Part shown: positions 9,329 to 19,120 of the stretch, piece by piece
How the letters are laid out: every line of letters starts with the position of its first letter
Numbering within the stretch: the stretch's first letter is position 1
NCBI GenBank assembly: GCA_052279835.1
Contig: CP181291.1
Location: 5,088,001-5,152,000 of the forward strand
Direction of reading: 5' to 3'
Source: Microcoleus sp.
GTDB lineage: Bacteria; Cyanobacteriota; Cyanobacteriia; Cyanobacteriales; Microcoleaceae
Length of the DNA: 64,000 nucleotides
The notes under the pieces: model-generated
Databases searched by the model: none
Seen by the model: only the letters and a program-made list of their open reading frames with translations
Told to the model about the DNA's origin: nothing
Program-made: the position numbers and the translations under genes

Positions 9329-10315
9329 TCAAATCAAAGTACCGCCACAACTAGAACCTGAACCAGCCGTACAACCATAGCAATAAGCAGCAGTTTGCAC
9401 CTCTGGAATCAAATCTAGACTCCCAGATTCTAACAATTTAGCCACTGTAATAGTTTCACCACTGCTAGTTTTAGCTGGCAGATTTTCCATTTGGTTAAAA
9501 TCGCAGTCGTAAACATTGCCCAAATAGTCGATCGACAATTCATTGCGACACATTAAATGTTCTAGAGTACCGGGATTAAAATTATCCTCCAAAAACCCCA
9601 GATAAGGCTTGTGCAGTTTCTGATGTTCCAAATGAAACTTAGTCCGCCCCACCGGCAAATTAGTAATCGCGAACAATTGATTAAAACAAATCCCAAAATG
9701 TTCCGCTAAATAAACCTTGTAATCTTCCTCTAACTTCCCTTGTTCCGGCGTTAGCGAAAACTTATCTGTGGCCGGCACTTGCGGATTGTAGACCAAATCC
9801 AGAATCAAATTTGGGTTTTTGCCATATCCCAACTGATTTAGCTTTTGCAGCGCCAGAATCGAACAATCAAAAACACCGTTGCCACGCATTTTGTCAACAT
9901 TATCAGCTTGGTAGCAGGGAAGCGATGCCACAATTCTGAGTTGGCGATCCGCGCAATATTCGGGAATATCCTCAAAACCTTTTTCAAAGTAAATCGTCAA
10001 ATTAGAACGAACAATTACCTCTTTACCTGCCGCCCTGGCTGCTTCCGCCAGCGGTTTAAAACCGTAAAGCATCTCTGGAGCACCGCCGGTGAGGTCAACA
10101 GTTTGAATTTGAGGAAAACGGCGAATGATTTCAATTAATTGGTCGCAAATTTCCGGGGAAAGTTCTTCTGTTCGTTTCGGGCTAGCTTCTACGTGGCAGT
10201 GAGTGCAAGCGAGGTTGCAGCGTTTGCCCAGATTAATTTGTAAGACTGTAATTTGCTTTTTAGTTAAAGCTGAGTTGAGTTTGTTTTTGAAAGGCGTCAG
10301 TGCTGTCTGAATCAT
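9329..10315 (-). CDS. arsS: Arsenosugar-biosynthesis radical SAM protein ArsS (DUF3641)
   Basis: CNLACTHC radical SAM motif, YDCDFNQM, and C-terminal CYGCTAGSGSSCGG. Confidence 0.88.
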   Translation of the reverse strand: MIQTALTPFKNKLNSALTKKQITVLQINLGKRCNLACTHCHVEASPKRTEELSPEICDQLIEIIRRFPQIQTVDLTGGAPEMLYGFKPLAEAARAAGKEVIVRSNLTIYFEKGFEDIPEYCADRQLRIVASLPCYQADNVDKMRGNGVFDCSILALQKLNQLGYGKNPNLILDLVYNPQVPATDKFSLTPEQGKLEEDYKVYLAEHFGICFNQLFAITNLPVGRTKFHLEHQKLHKPYLGFLEDNFNPGTLEHLMCRNELSIDYLGNVYDCDFNQMENLPAKTSSGETITVAKLLESGSLDLIPEVQTAAYCYGCTAGSGSSCGGTLI

Positions 10316-10400
10316 GTGCTAAACTTTTTAGTCTTTGCTCGCAACGAATTTAGAGGCGTTCTGGTGGAACGTCTCTGATAATTTAGCATGAATTCAGCCT

Positions 10401-10519
10401 CGGCGGTTAGAAACCGCGGCTACACAAGCAAAGTCTGCCTCCGCAGACTGAAGAGAAATTCTTGATTCTTCAACCCGCGCAGGCGGGTTTTGTTTTTGTA
10501 GTCGCGATTTCAATCGCCG
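10401..10519. repeat. REPIN-like inverted repeat, family A copy 1
   Basis: CGGCGGTTAGAAACCGCGGCTACACAAGCAAAG...TTTGTTTTTGTAGTCGCGATTTCAATCGCCG; two imperfect palindromes in inverted orientation. Confidence 0.85.
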
Positions 10520-10579
10520 GGTAATTCTACAACTCACATCATTTTCGGTTAGACTCAAAAAGGATAGGTCGGAGAGGTT

Positions 10580-10975
10580 TTATTTTAGAGAATCAACTAA
10601 TTTCTCAACTCGTGCTTTAATTTCATCTCTGACGCGGTGAAATGTTTCGATTGGTTGTCCGTCGGGATCGTCTAGTTGCCAATCTTGAAACACTTCTCGC
10701 AATACCCACGCTTCGGGTAAATTCACGCCGCAGCCGCACAGAGAAATTACGGCGTCGTAGTCTTCTGCATTGAATTCGCTTAATGGGTTGGATGTTTGAT
10801 CGGTGATGTCAATGCCGATTTCTGACATGACTTGAATTGCTGTGGGATGAACTCTGCTTGATTCTAACCCGGAACTGGTGACTCCAATCTTGCCGGCTCC
10901 GATGGTTTTAGCGAATCCTTCTGCCATTTGCGATCGGCAGGAGTTTCTTTTGCAGACAAACATTATTTTCTTCAT
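10580..10975 (-). CDS. arsC: Arsenate reductase, cyanobacterial LMW-PTP/glutaredoxin type
   Basis: CKRNSCRSQMAEG P-loop, distal CGC, WQLDDPDG. Confidence 0.93.
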   Translation of the reverse strand: MKKIMFVCKRNSCRSQMAEGFAKTIGAGKIGVTSSGLESSRVHPTAIQVMSEIGIDITDQTSNPLSEFNAEDYDAVISLCGCGVNLPEAWVLREVFQDWQLDDPDGQPIETFHRVRDEIKARVEKLVDSLK

Positions 10976-11010
10976 GGTAGTTGTTAGTTGTTAGTTGTTA
11001 GTTAGGGCCC

Positions 11011-11305
11011 CGGCGGTTAGAAACCGCGGCTACACAACCGAAGTCCACCTCCGTGGACTAAAGAGGAATTCTTGATTCTTTAACCCGCGGAGGCGGGTTT
11101 TGTTTGTGTAGCCGCGATTTCAATCGCCGGGTAATTCATTCGTCGGGTTTTGTTTGTGTAGTTGTTAGTTGTTAGTTAGGACTCCGGCGGTTAGAAACCG
11201 CGGCTACACAACCGAAGTCCACCTCCGTGGACTGAAGAGGAATTCTTGATTCTTTAACCCGCGAAGGCGGGTTTTGTTTCTTTAGCCGCGATTTCAATCG
11301 CTGGG
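11011..11305. repeat. REPIN-like family A copies 2 and 3 (tandem duplication with GTTGTTA heptamer flank)
   Basis: Near-identical units at 11011-11131 and 11185-11305, each preceded by GTTGTTAGTTGTTAGTTAGG. Confidence 0.88.
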
Positions 11306-11322
11306 TAATTCTTCACGCCCGG

Positions 11323-11970
11323 TTATTCCAGGGCGCGATTTGCAACGGCGATCGCCTCTTTGGCCGCTTTTTCCTGGCGTTCGCTGTAGCGATCGGTCAA
11401 ATAGTCAACTTCCTCCCGCAACAACAAAGTAAACTTATAAAGTTCCTCCATAACATCGATCGCCCGATCGCGAAAAGGCGAATCTTTCATAGTTCCATCC
11501 TCATGAAACTCCTGATAAGCCTTAGCAACAGAAGACTGATTAGGAATCGTAAACATCCGCATCCAACGACCCAATATTCTCAAAGTATTGACTGCATTAA
11601 AAGATTGGGAACCGCCGCTAACTTGCATCACCGCCAAAGTTCTACCTTGAGTCGGTCTCACGGCCCCGATACTTAAAGGAATCCAGTCAATTTGATTTTT
11701 CATGATGCCCGTAATATTGCCGTGCATTTCTGGACTAGACCATACCTGACCCTCCGACCACAGGCTCAATTCCCGCAACTCCTGAACCTTGAAATGAGTA
11801 TCGGGAACACTACCATAAATCGGTAATTCCAGAGGATTAAAAAACCGAACTTCTGCACCGAAATTCTCAATGATTCTCGCACATTCTTCTGCCAACAAAC
11901 GGCTATAAGAACGCTCCCTTAAAGAGCCATACAAAAACAAAATTCTCGGTTTGTGGGTAAAAGTTTTCAT
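11323..11970 (-). CDS. arsH: Arsenical resistance protein ArsH (NADPH-dependent FMN reductase)
   Basis: [26 protein letters not shown] and [13 protein letters not shown]. Confidence 0.95.
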   Translation of the reverse strand: MKTFTHKPRILFLYGSLRERSYSRLLAEECARIIENFGAEVRFFNPLELPIYGSVPDTHFKVQELRELSLWSEGQVWSSPEMHGNITGIMKNQIDWIPLSIGAVRPTQGRTLAVMQVSGGSQSFNAVNTLRILGRWMRMFTIPNQSSVAKAYQEFHEDGTMKDSPFRDRAIDVMEELYKFTLLLREEVDYLTDRYSERQEKAAKEAIAVANRALE

Positions 11971-11977
11971 GATGCTT

Positions 11978-12688
11978 TTAATTAAAATCCCGAAATCCGT
12001 TAGACAGTTCCCGATAAACTGCTACTGCTAATTGTGCTCCCCAAATCGGAGCAACCCAGTAAACCCAATGATGTTCCCAAATGCCCCCAACTAAAGCTGG
12101 ACCGAGAGAGCGTGCTGGATTCATACTTGCTCCGGTAATGGGTCCCATAAATGCAGCTTCTAATCCTACAGTTAAGCCTATTGCTATGCCCGCAAATCCG
12201 ATGTGAGCGCGCCTATCTAATCCTGAACCGAGGATAACAAACATTAAGATAAAAGTCAATACTGTTTCTAAGATTAGAGACTGTAACCAGTTACCATTTA
12301 GAGGAACTGTTGCACCGAGATTTGCTACTTTTCCTAAAGTAATTAGCAGCAGTTGAGAAGCTGCAATCGCCCCGGTACACTGGGCTAAAATATAAGGCAA
12401 AACACGTTTCTTTGGGAAAAACCCGCTTGTCCAGAAAGCTAATGTTACAGCCGGATTGAGGTGAGCGCTACTAATATGACCCGTAGCATAAATCATGGCG
12501 GCGACAACGGCTCCAAAGACAAAACTAATGCCTAAATGAGCGATCGCACCCTGGCTAATTTGGTTCACCATCACCGCGCCCGTACCCGCAAATACTAGAA
12601 TAAATGTACCTATAAATTCGGCGATCGCCTCTCTCCTCCACTCCGGTGAAAACAAGCTGCTGGCCATCTTAGAAACTGACTTGAACAT
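11978..12688 (-). CDS. MIP-family aquaporin/aquaglyceroporin (NIP/AqpN-like), likely arsenite channel
   Basis: AEFIGTF, two NPA motifs (HLNPAVT, SMNPARS) and WVYWVAP. Start is uncertain (12667, 12688 or 12730). Confidence 0.88.
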   Translation of the reverse strand: MFKSVSKMASSLFSPEWRREAIAEFIGTFILVFAGTGAVMVNQISQGAIAHLGISFVFGAVVAAMIYATGHISSAHLNPAVTLAFWTSGFFPKKRVLPYILAQCTGAIAASQLLLITLGKVANLGATVPLNGNWLQSLILETVLTFILMFVILGSGLDRRAHIGFAGIAIGLTVGLEAAFMGPITGASMNPARSLGPALVGGIWEHHWVYWVAPIWGAQLAVAVYRELSNGFRDFN

Positions 12689-12754
12689 TAATTTGTGCTG
12701 GTTTCGGATAAGTTCATGGACTTTACCCAATCACATAACTAAGGGTACTCTCGC

Positions 12755-12823
12755 ATCATATCAAAAAAAATTGATATGTCAAGTCCCAAAAAAAAGCCAG
12801 AAGTCATCAACTAAATATTGATG
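12755..12823 (-). promoter_or_regulatory. sigma70 promoter for aquaporin-arsH-arsC with ArsR operator sites
   Basis: Minus strand TTGACA (12782-12777)-16 nt-TATGAT (12760-12755). A perfect inverted repeat CATATCAA-N6-TTGATATG (12757-12778) matches the cyanobacterial ArsR box ATCAA-N6-TTGAT. A second site, CATCAA-N7-TTGATG, is at 12805-12823. Confidence 0.8.
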
Positions 12824-12825
12824 GG

Positions 12826-13185
12826 TTAATCTGCGTCGGAACAGTGCCGCGCGGGCCGGATCGGGATCAAGTGGCGGTAGTCCGATAGGTACTGTTCCAG
12901 GGCGACAAACTGCACTAGATTCAGGCTGTAGTAGATCCAGCGACCTTCTTGGCGGCTGCGGACTAAAGCTGCTTCCTTCAAGGTTTTGAGGTGGAAGGAG
13001 AGTTTAGACTGAGAGACTGCGAGTCGATCGCACAAATCGCAAACACACAACTCCTGTTCCCGCAGCAACTCCAAAATTTGAATCCGCAGGGGGTCAGAAA
13101 GTGCGTGAAACCCCGCAGCAATCACTTTACCAGAAGGAGGGGAATTTTCTCCTAAATCCGGTGTAATTGTAGAATTTTTCAACAT
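12826..13185 (-). CDS. arsR: ArsR/SmtB family repressor
   Basis: FHALSDPLRIQIL, ELCVCDLC metal-binding box and SQSKLSFHLKTL; adjacent to the ars genes. Confidence 0.9.
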   Translation of the reverse strand: MLKNSTITPDLGENSPPSGKVIAAGFHALSDPLRIQILELLREQELCVCDLCDRLAVSQSKLSFHLKTLKEAALVRSRQEGRWIYYSLNLVQFVALEQYLSDYRHLIPIRPARHCSDAD

Positions 13186-13188
13186 CAA

Positions 13189-13452
13189 TTATTTAGAATT
13201 TTCTACTCTGGGTGGAACATTAGTCAATCCGGCTTTTTGCATCAGCGAAAGCACACCTATAGATAAAATTCCCCCAATAATTGCCCCACTAACTATCAGG
13301 ATAATGAACAATTTTTGCAGAGTTTTTTTAGTAGCTGGGTGATAGCGTTTTGGCAATTCTCCATCCGCATCGTCGAGTCGATCGGGTTCTTGATTTAAGG
13401 GGTCTAGAGGATTGGATGGATTTGAATTAAAGGGATTCGGTAGTTGATTCAT
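13189..13452 (-). CDS. Small hypothetical single-TM membrane protein
   Basis: ATG-started 87-aa ORF with one hydrophobic segment. Confidence 0.65.
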   Translation of the reverse strand: MNQLPNPFNSNPSNPLDPLNQEPDRLDDADGELPKRYHPATKKTLQKLFIILIVSGAIIGGILSIGVLSLMQKAGLTNVPPRVENSK

Positions 13453-13706
13453 GGCTGGGTTTGGTAAAATGAAGAATCTTCACAACTATCTTAGCTTGCC
13501 ATTTGCCATCGCAGCGTGAACGAACCTGACGGTCAGCGGAGTACCGCTAGACCGCAGGCTTCTATTTCCCTTTGTGCAAGGGCTTTTTTGATTAAAAAAA
13601 TCCAGGTACTCCCAGTTATGACCAGGGTGAAATATTTGTGCAGTGGACCGAGAAGTTTTGGAGCAAGCGATCGCGCTGGAATTACCAGATGTTGAATATT
13701 CAGTAT

Positions 13707-14384
13707 CTATGATTGCTCTGCTTTCGACAAACGGTCGAGAGAAATAGTTGCCGCTTCAGATACTTGAGAATTGCTATCTTTTGCCAAATATTTCAAGGCC
13801 GAAATGCTTTTGGGACTGTTTAAATTTCCCAAGGCTTCGGCTAGCCGCTGACGAATTAGCCAATCTTCTGACTGAGCAAAATTCAGCAGGCGATCGATCG
13901 CCTCAATTGCCTTAATTTCCCCCAAAGCTGAAATTGCAGCCTGCTGAATCACCACTTGTTCGCTTTCGAGAGCTTTCAGTAACACATCACGAGCCCGCGG
14001 ATCTTTGAGATTGCCCAGAGAAACCGCAGCACTGAAGCGCACCAGCCATTCAGTATCCTCGTAAAAAGCCCGCACCAAAGCATCAAAAGCTCTAATATCT
14101 TCCAGGTAGCCCAAAGCACCAGCAGCGTCAGCACGAATCCCGTAATCTGAGTCAGTTTCTAGCAATTTGACTAGAATGGGAAAGCATTCTGCCGTGGGTT
14201 TGATCCCAAGAGCAAACACAGCCATCGATCGCACCTGCAAACTTTCGTCGTTCAAAACCTTTTTAATCAAAGGCACCGCCACAGCGGCGGGTATATTCCG
14301 CAAGTTAGCCAAAGCCACCATCCGATCGGCTGAATTTTGGCTTTCTAACTTGGCTGCAATTTCCGTTAAGCTTAAAGTTGTCAT
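13707..14384 (-). CDS. nblB: HEAT-repeat phycobilisome degradation protein NblB (CpcE-like)
   Basis: PBS-lyase HEAT repeats: RSMAVFALG, DYGIRADAAGALGYL, WLVRFSAAVSLGNL. Confidence 0.8.
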   Translation of the reverse strand: MTTLSLTEIAAKLESQNSADRMVALANLRNIPAAVAVPLIKKVLNDESLQVRSMAVFALGIKPTAECFPILVKLLETDSDYGIRADAAGALGYLEDIRAFDALVRAFYEDTEWLVRFSAAVSLGNLKDPRARDVLLKALESEQVVIQQAAISALGEIKAIEAIDRLLNFAQSEDWLIRQRLAEALGNLNSPKSISALKYLAKDSNSQVSEAATISLDRLSKAEQS

Positions 14385-14888
14385 TAGCGGTAAAATTTTA
14401 GTAAAAATTTACATTTCCCTGGTTTTCATTATAGGCGATCGTTGATAAGCAGTCAAAAACCTGTCTATAATTGTCTGTATCTTATGACTTTAGAGAGGTT
14501 ATACCTATTCAAATTTGTGTATAATTTGATCGATAAAAAAATTGAGTAAAACGCAGTGGAGAAACCGTAACCAGCAAATCGGAAACCATCACTTAGGGGT
14601 CATCCCCCCTAAAAAAGCTCATACATTTTACTCCTAAATTGCCAAGTAAAATGCTCGAATTCGCCAACCAACGGCGAAACTTATACAATAAAACCACAAC
14701 GGAGATTAGCCGGAAGTCTACTCGCATTCGGCTCGAAGATGGGAAAATCTCCGGGATGATTGCTAATCATAAATTAGCGTCGGCTGTCTGTGATTGTGAC
14801 TTTGACAATTTCCGCCCTAGGTTGGTGTTACACAACAGACAAAACGCCTATCAGCAGTTAGCTGCGTTCCGACAACCCGCGATGTACT

Positions 14889-17340
14889 ATGCCATTTTAC
14901 CACCCGCCTTTTTACTCCTCAGCATTAGAACAAGCGATCGACCGCTACCCCCTAACTGCTGGGCCAGACACTTCGTTAGTAGTGGCGATCGCGCTGATGA
15001 GTCAGTTGCAAAACAGTTGTCCCCTACCCAAGACACCTTTACCCTCAGACCGCGGGGTATTACAGGAATTAGCACCATCGGAAAAAATGCGAGCACGATG
15101 CGTGTTGGTGGTGCATAACCACCAAATGGCAGCCGCGGGAAATTTATCAGAAAACCCAAGTCGAGGGCTATTGATCGGAATATTAACTCCCGCCGACCTA
15201 GTGCGGCTAATCGCTTCTGGCAAAATAGACACTCAGAAAAAAGTAGCCCTCCGCAAAATACCGATTTCCGAAGTGATGTCCCCCGTGTCAGTCTCCCTGA
15301 CAGAATCCGACGATCAAGACGTGTTCGCCGCTTTATCCTTATTTCGCCAACACGGAATTCGCTATTTGCCGATCGTAAATCAATTCCGCCACTTGGTAGG
15401 AGTCCTGACGAGAGAAAGAATTCGGCAAGTCTTACAACCTTCCAATATTCTGAAATTGCGACGAGTTGCAGAATTAATGACTACGCCCATCACAGCACCC
15501 CACACCGCATCGCTGTTGACCATAGCGCAACTGATGTCACAACATCAAGTTAGTTGCGTAGTGATTACCAAAAATAAAGAATTAACAATGGAGAAACCCA
15601 AAAATGACCATACCTCCATTTTTCACTATTCTTTTCAGCAACCCCTAGGCATCATTACCGAATACGACATTGTACAAGCACAGTTTCTCGAACTAGATTT
15701 CGAGCAAACCGCAGTGCAAAAAGTCATGGTCACTCCCCTGCTACTGATCAAACCAGCCGATTCCCTGTGGACGGCCCACAAACAAATGCAGCAGGAACAA
15801 GTACAGCGATTAGTGGTGTGCGGAGGACGGGGAGAACTGTTGGGAATTATTACCCAAACTAGCTTGTTGAGAGTCCTAGACCCAACAGAAATGTACAGAG
15901 TTGTCAAACAGTTGCAGCACTCAGTTTATCAACTCCAAGCCGAAAAAGTCGAACTCCTCCAAAGCCGCAATGCCAAACTCGAACAACAGGTGCGGGAACG
16001 AACAGCCAAACTGCACGAACAAGTACAGCGCGATCGACTTTTGACTCAGATTGCTTTGCGGATTCACCAATCCCTAAACCTGGAAGAAATTCTCCACGCC
16101 AGCGTCGATGAAGTGCGCCAAGTTTTGCAAGCAGACCGGGTAGCCATCCTGCATTTAGAGTCGAGCAATTCCGGCATTGTAGTAGCAGAATCCGTAGCCG
16201 AAGATTGGTCTTCAATATTGGGAGAAATTTTTCCAGATACTATGTGGCAAGAAGGTGAATCGGTTCAGGAACAACAAATTTATGCGGTTCCCCAGATTGA
16301 CCAAGCTACTTTGAGTCCCGAAAAATATGCGAGGTTCCAGAAAGCACAAATCAAAGCTTATTTAATAGTACCCATTTTACAAGACAGCAATTTGTGGGGG
16401 ATGATGTGCGTCCACCAATGTTCCAATTCTCGACAGTGGCAGTCTTCAGAAGTCGATTTGTTATTGCAATTGGCAACTCAAGTGGCGATCGCGATTCAAC
16501 AAGCCCAACTATACCAGCAGGTGCAGAACCTCAACACCGACCTCGAACGCCAAGTTCAAGAACGCACCGCCGAATTGCAACAAAAAGTTCACGAACTCCA
16601 GCACTTAAACATCATCAAAGATGAATTTCTCAGCACAGTTTCCCACGAACTACGAACACCTTTAGCTAATATGAAAATGGCTATTCATATGCTGAAAGTT
16701 TCTCCCACTCAAGAGCGACGCCAAGTTTATTTAGAAATTTTGGAAAAAGAATGCACTAGAGAAACAGACTTGATTAATGCTTTGCTAGATTTGCAGCGAC
16801 TGGAAGCAGCAGCTTGTCCGATCGACCTCGAACCAGTAAACTTACAAGTCTGGCTACCTAACATTATTGAACCATTCTACACCCGCGCCCAAAACCGCCA
16901 CCAACATTTAGTAGTAGAGTTCGCTACCAACCTCCCCACGATCAACTCAAACCGCGCTAGTTTGGGCAGAATTTTAGCAGAAACTCCTAAATAATGCCTG
17001 CAAATATACCGCCAATGAAGGCGAAATTGCTCTCAGGGTGAAGTCCAAAGGTATCAAGAAGAAACCAGGAAAACCAGCAAGTGTTTTAAAACCAGAAATT
17101 GAATTTACCGTCAGAAATGAATCGGAAATTCCCAAGGAGGAATTACCTCGGATCTTTGAGAAATTTTATCGCGTTCCCAATGCCGACCCCTGGAAACAAG
17201 GTGGCACAGGTTTGGGTTTAGCTTTAGCCCAAAAACTTGTCGAACAATTGGAGGGGAAAATAGAAGTTGAAAGCGGCAATGGCAACACTACTTTTACTGT
17301 CACATTTCCGGCCAATCCCGATCGCCCATTGGTAAATTGA
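14889..17340 (+). CDS. CBS(x4)-GAF histidine kinase, split by a +1 frameshift at ~16981
   Basis: SHELRTPL H-box in the first ORF. Removing one A from GCAGAAACTCCTAAATAATGCC restores LAELLNNACKYT (N-box) and joins the second ORF (IFEKFYR, GGTGLGL). Confidence 0.85.
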
Positions 17341-17439
17341 ATTTTATGCACAAGAAACAGCGAAGCTGTCAATTGCATCTACAACATTTCACCATAAATC
17401 ATTATACGATCTGGATGTTCCCAAGCTGACTACATAAGT

Positions 17440-17577
17440 CTTCTTCCTTCTTCCCTCTTCCTTCTTCCCTCTTCCTTCTTCCATCTTCCCTCTTCCCTCT
17501 TCCCTCTTCCATCTTCCCTCTTCCTGAATTTCCCCCCTTGGGGGGGGCAGGGGGGGGTGACTTCTTCCTTCTACTTA
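17440..17577. repeat. (TCTTCCC/T)n heptamer tract plus family B element
   Basis: About 12 TCTTCCN units followed by C6TTG8CAG8TGACTTCTTCCTTCTACTTA, identical to 21145-21190. Confidence 0.85.
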
Positions 17578-19011
17578 GCCCATTTCATTCTCGGCTTTTT
17601 TTTCTTTCAGTTTCAACAATATTTCATCATGAACTTCGCGAGTAATTGGATAAAAATATGTTAAAATCATGCCGATAATTAAAGCAATTGTTGGCAAAGG
17701 TCCGATCGCCACTCGAATGGCAAACAGTGCAGAATCCGGCTGTATAGGTGGTTCCTGTCCCTGAAGTGTAGGCAGAAATCCAGCTACTTCTAAGGCCTGC
17801 CCCACAAACCACAAACCGATCGCCAATCCAATTTTTTGTAACAACACCATAAACGAATAGAACACACCTTCGCGTCTTTGTCCAGTCTGTAACTCATCCA
17901 GTTCAATCACATCCGGTATCATCGACCAAGGTACTAAATAAGCAGTAGAAACTCCCACACCAGCCATCACTGCCAGAAAATACATCAATCCTACTTGTCC
18001 TGGTTGCAAGAAAAACAGTCCAGCTTGGGCAATAATCCACAAACTCATGCCCATAAAATATACAGCTTTTTTGCCGTATCTTTCGCTAACTTTACTCCAA
18101 ACAAACAACATAGCCAGTGCAGTACCTTGAACGGCGATCGCAGTTTGGGTAAAAGCTGCTGGCGGCTGTTTCATCCAGTCGATCACAAAATAAGGCAAAA
18201 TAGAAGCAGTTAATTGCACTCCCAACCAAGAACAGAGATAAATGCCAATCACGTACAAAAAAGGGCGATTATTAAATGCAATCCTTAACTGTTCTTTCAA
18301 CCCCAAAGATGTAGAATCATCTTCTACTACAGGATTTTCTTGCAGTTGAGCAAAGACGTGTTTCCGAGTTCCCAAAAAGCACCAATATAAAGGTAATACT
18401 GAAATCACCGTACAGACAGCACCTAATATTAAGTATTTTTGGGTATTGTCTTTAACTAAGGCAAAGATAATTTGGGCTAAAATTAGTGACAGAATGCTGC
18501 CACCGATAGAGAAACTAAACCGAAAACTATTCAGGCTAGTGCGTTCGTTATAATCTTGGGTTAATTCTGGCGTAAGTGCAGTGTATGGCAGATTAACAGC
18601 CGTGTAAGCAGTGTTGAATAGAATCGCGATAATTACATAGTACCAAAACAGTATGGTGGGATTTTCGCTAGGAACAATCCACTGCAAAAAGAAGAAAATC
18701 CCAAAGGGAATTGCACCGTATACCATCCAAGGATACCGACGGCCCCAGGGGTGAGAGGTGCGATCGCTCAACACCCCCACAATCGGATCGTTTACAGCGT
18801 CCCACACCTTCCCAATCAGTAAAATGTTGCTAGCAGTACCAGGAGCCAAACCAGCCACACTGGTAAAAAATAATAATAGGAAAAATACCAGAATATTCGC
18901 CGTGATAGCTGGGCCGAGGTCTCCCGCACCGTAGGCTAATTTGGTCGAGAAACTGAGTTTTTTTGCTTCGTGGCTGTTGGGGGCTCGCTCAGAAGGGGCA
19001 GTGTTGCTCAT
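17575..19011 (-). CDS. MFS transporter, glycoside-pentoside-hexuronide (MelB-like) family
   Basis: WDAVNDPIVGVLSDRT, WGRRYPW, LTQDYNERTSL and GQRREG. Confidence 0.9.
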   Translation of the reverse strand: MSNTAPSERAPNSHEAKKLSFSTKLAYGAGDLGPAITANILVFFLLLFFTSVAGLAPGTASNILLIGKVWDAVNDPIVGVLSDRTSHPWGRRYPWMVYGAIPFGIFFFLQWIVPSENPTILFWYYVIIAILFNTAYTAVNLPYTALTPELTQDYNERTSLNSFRFSFSIGGSILSLILAQIIFALVKDNTQKYLILGAVCTVISVLPLYWCFLGTRKHVFAQLQENPVVEDDSTSLGLKEQLRIAFNNRPFLYVIGIYLCSWLGVQLTASILPYFVIDWMKQPPAAFTQTAIAVQGTALAMLFVWSKVSERYGKKAVYFMGMSLWIIAQAGLFFLQPGQVGLMYFLAVMAGVGVSTAYLVPWSMIPDVIELDELQTGQRREGVFYSFMVLLQKIGLAIGLWFVGQALEVAGFLPTLQGQEPPIQPDSALFAIRVAIGPLPTIALIIGMILTYFYPITREVHDEILLKLKEKKAENEMG

Positions 19012-19120
19012 AAGCTGTGATTTGGCGGTTATTTGACCGGCGCAGTCTTGGTACTAGGAGTATAACTCGCTATTCGTCCTCTGAGTCAGTTTACTTGAGC
19101 GAACTGGACAAATTTCAAAA

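Noticed and set aside
10401..11305. Three long near-identical repeats as a possible CRISPR array
   Set aside because: Units are ~120-bp inverted doublets with no unique regular spacers and no cas genes; REPIN-like instead.
14639..15159. ORFs 14639-15118 (+) and 14887-15159 (-)
   Set aside because: They overlap the CBS kinase and have no recognisable motifs.
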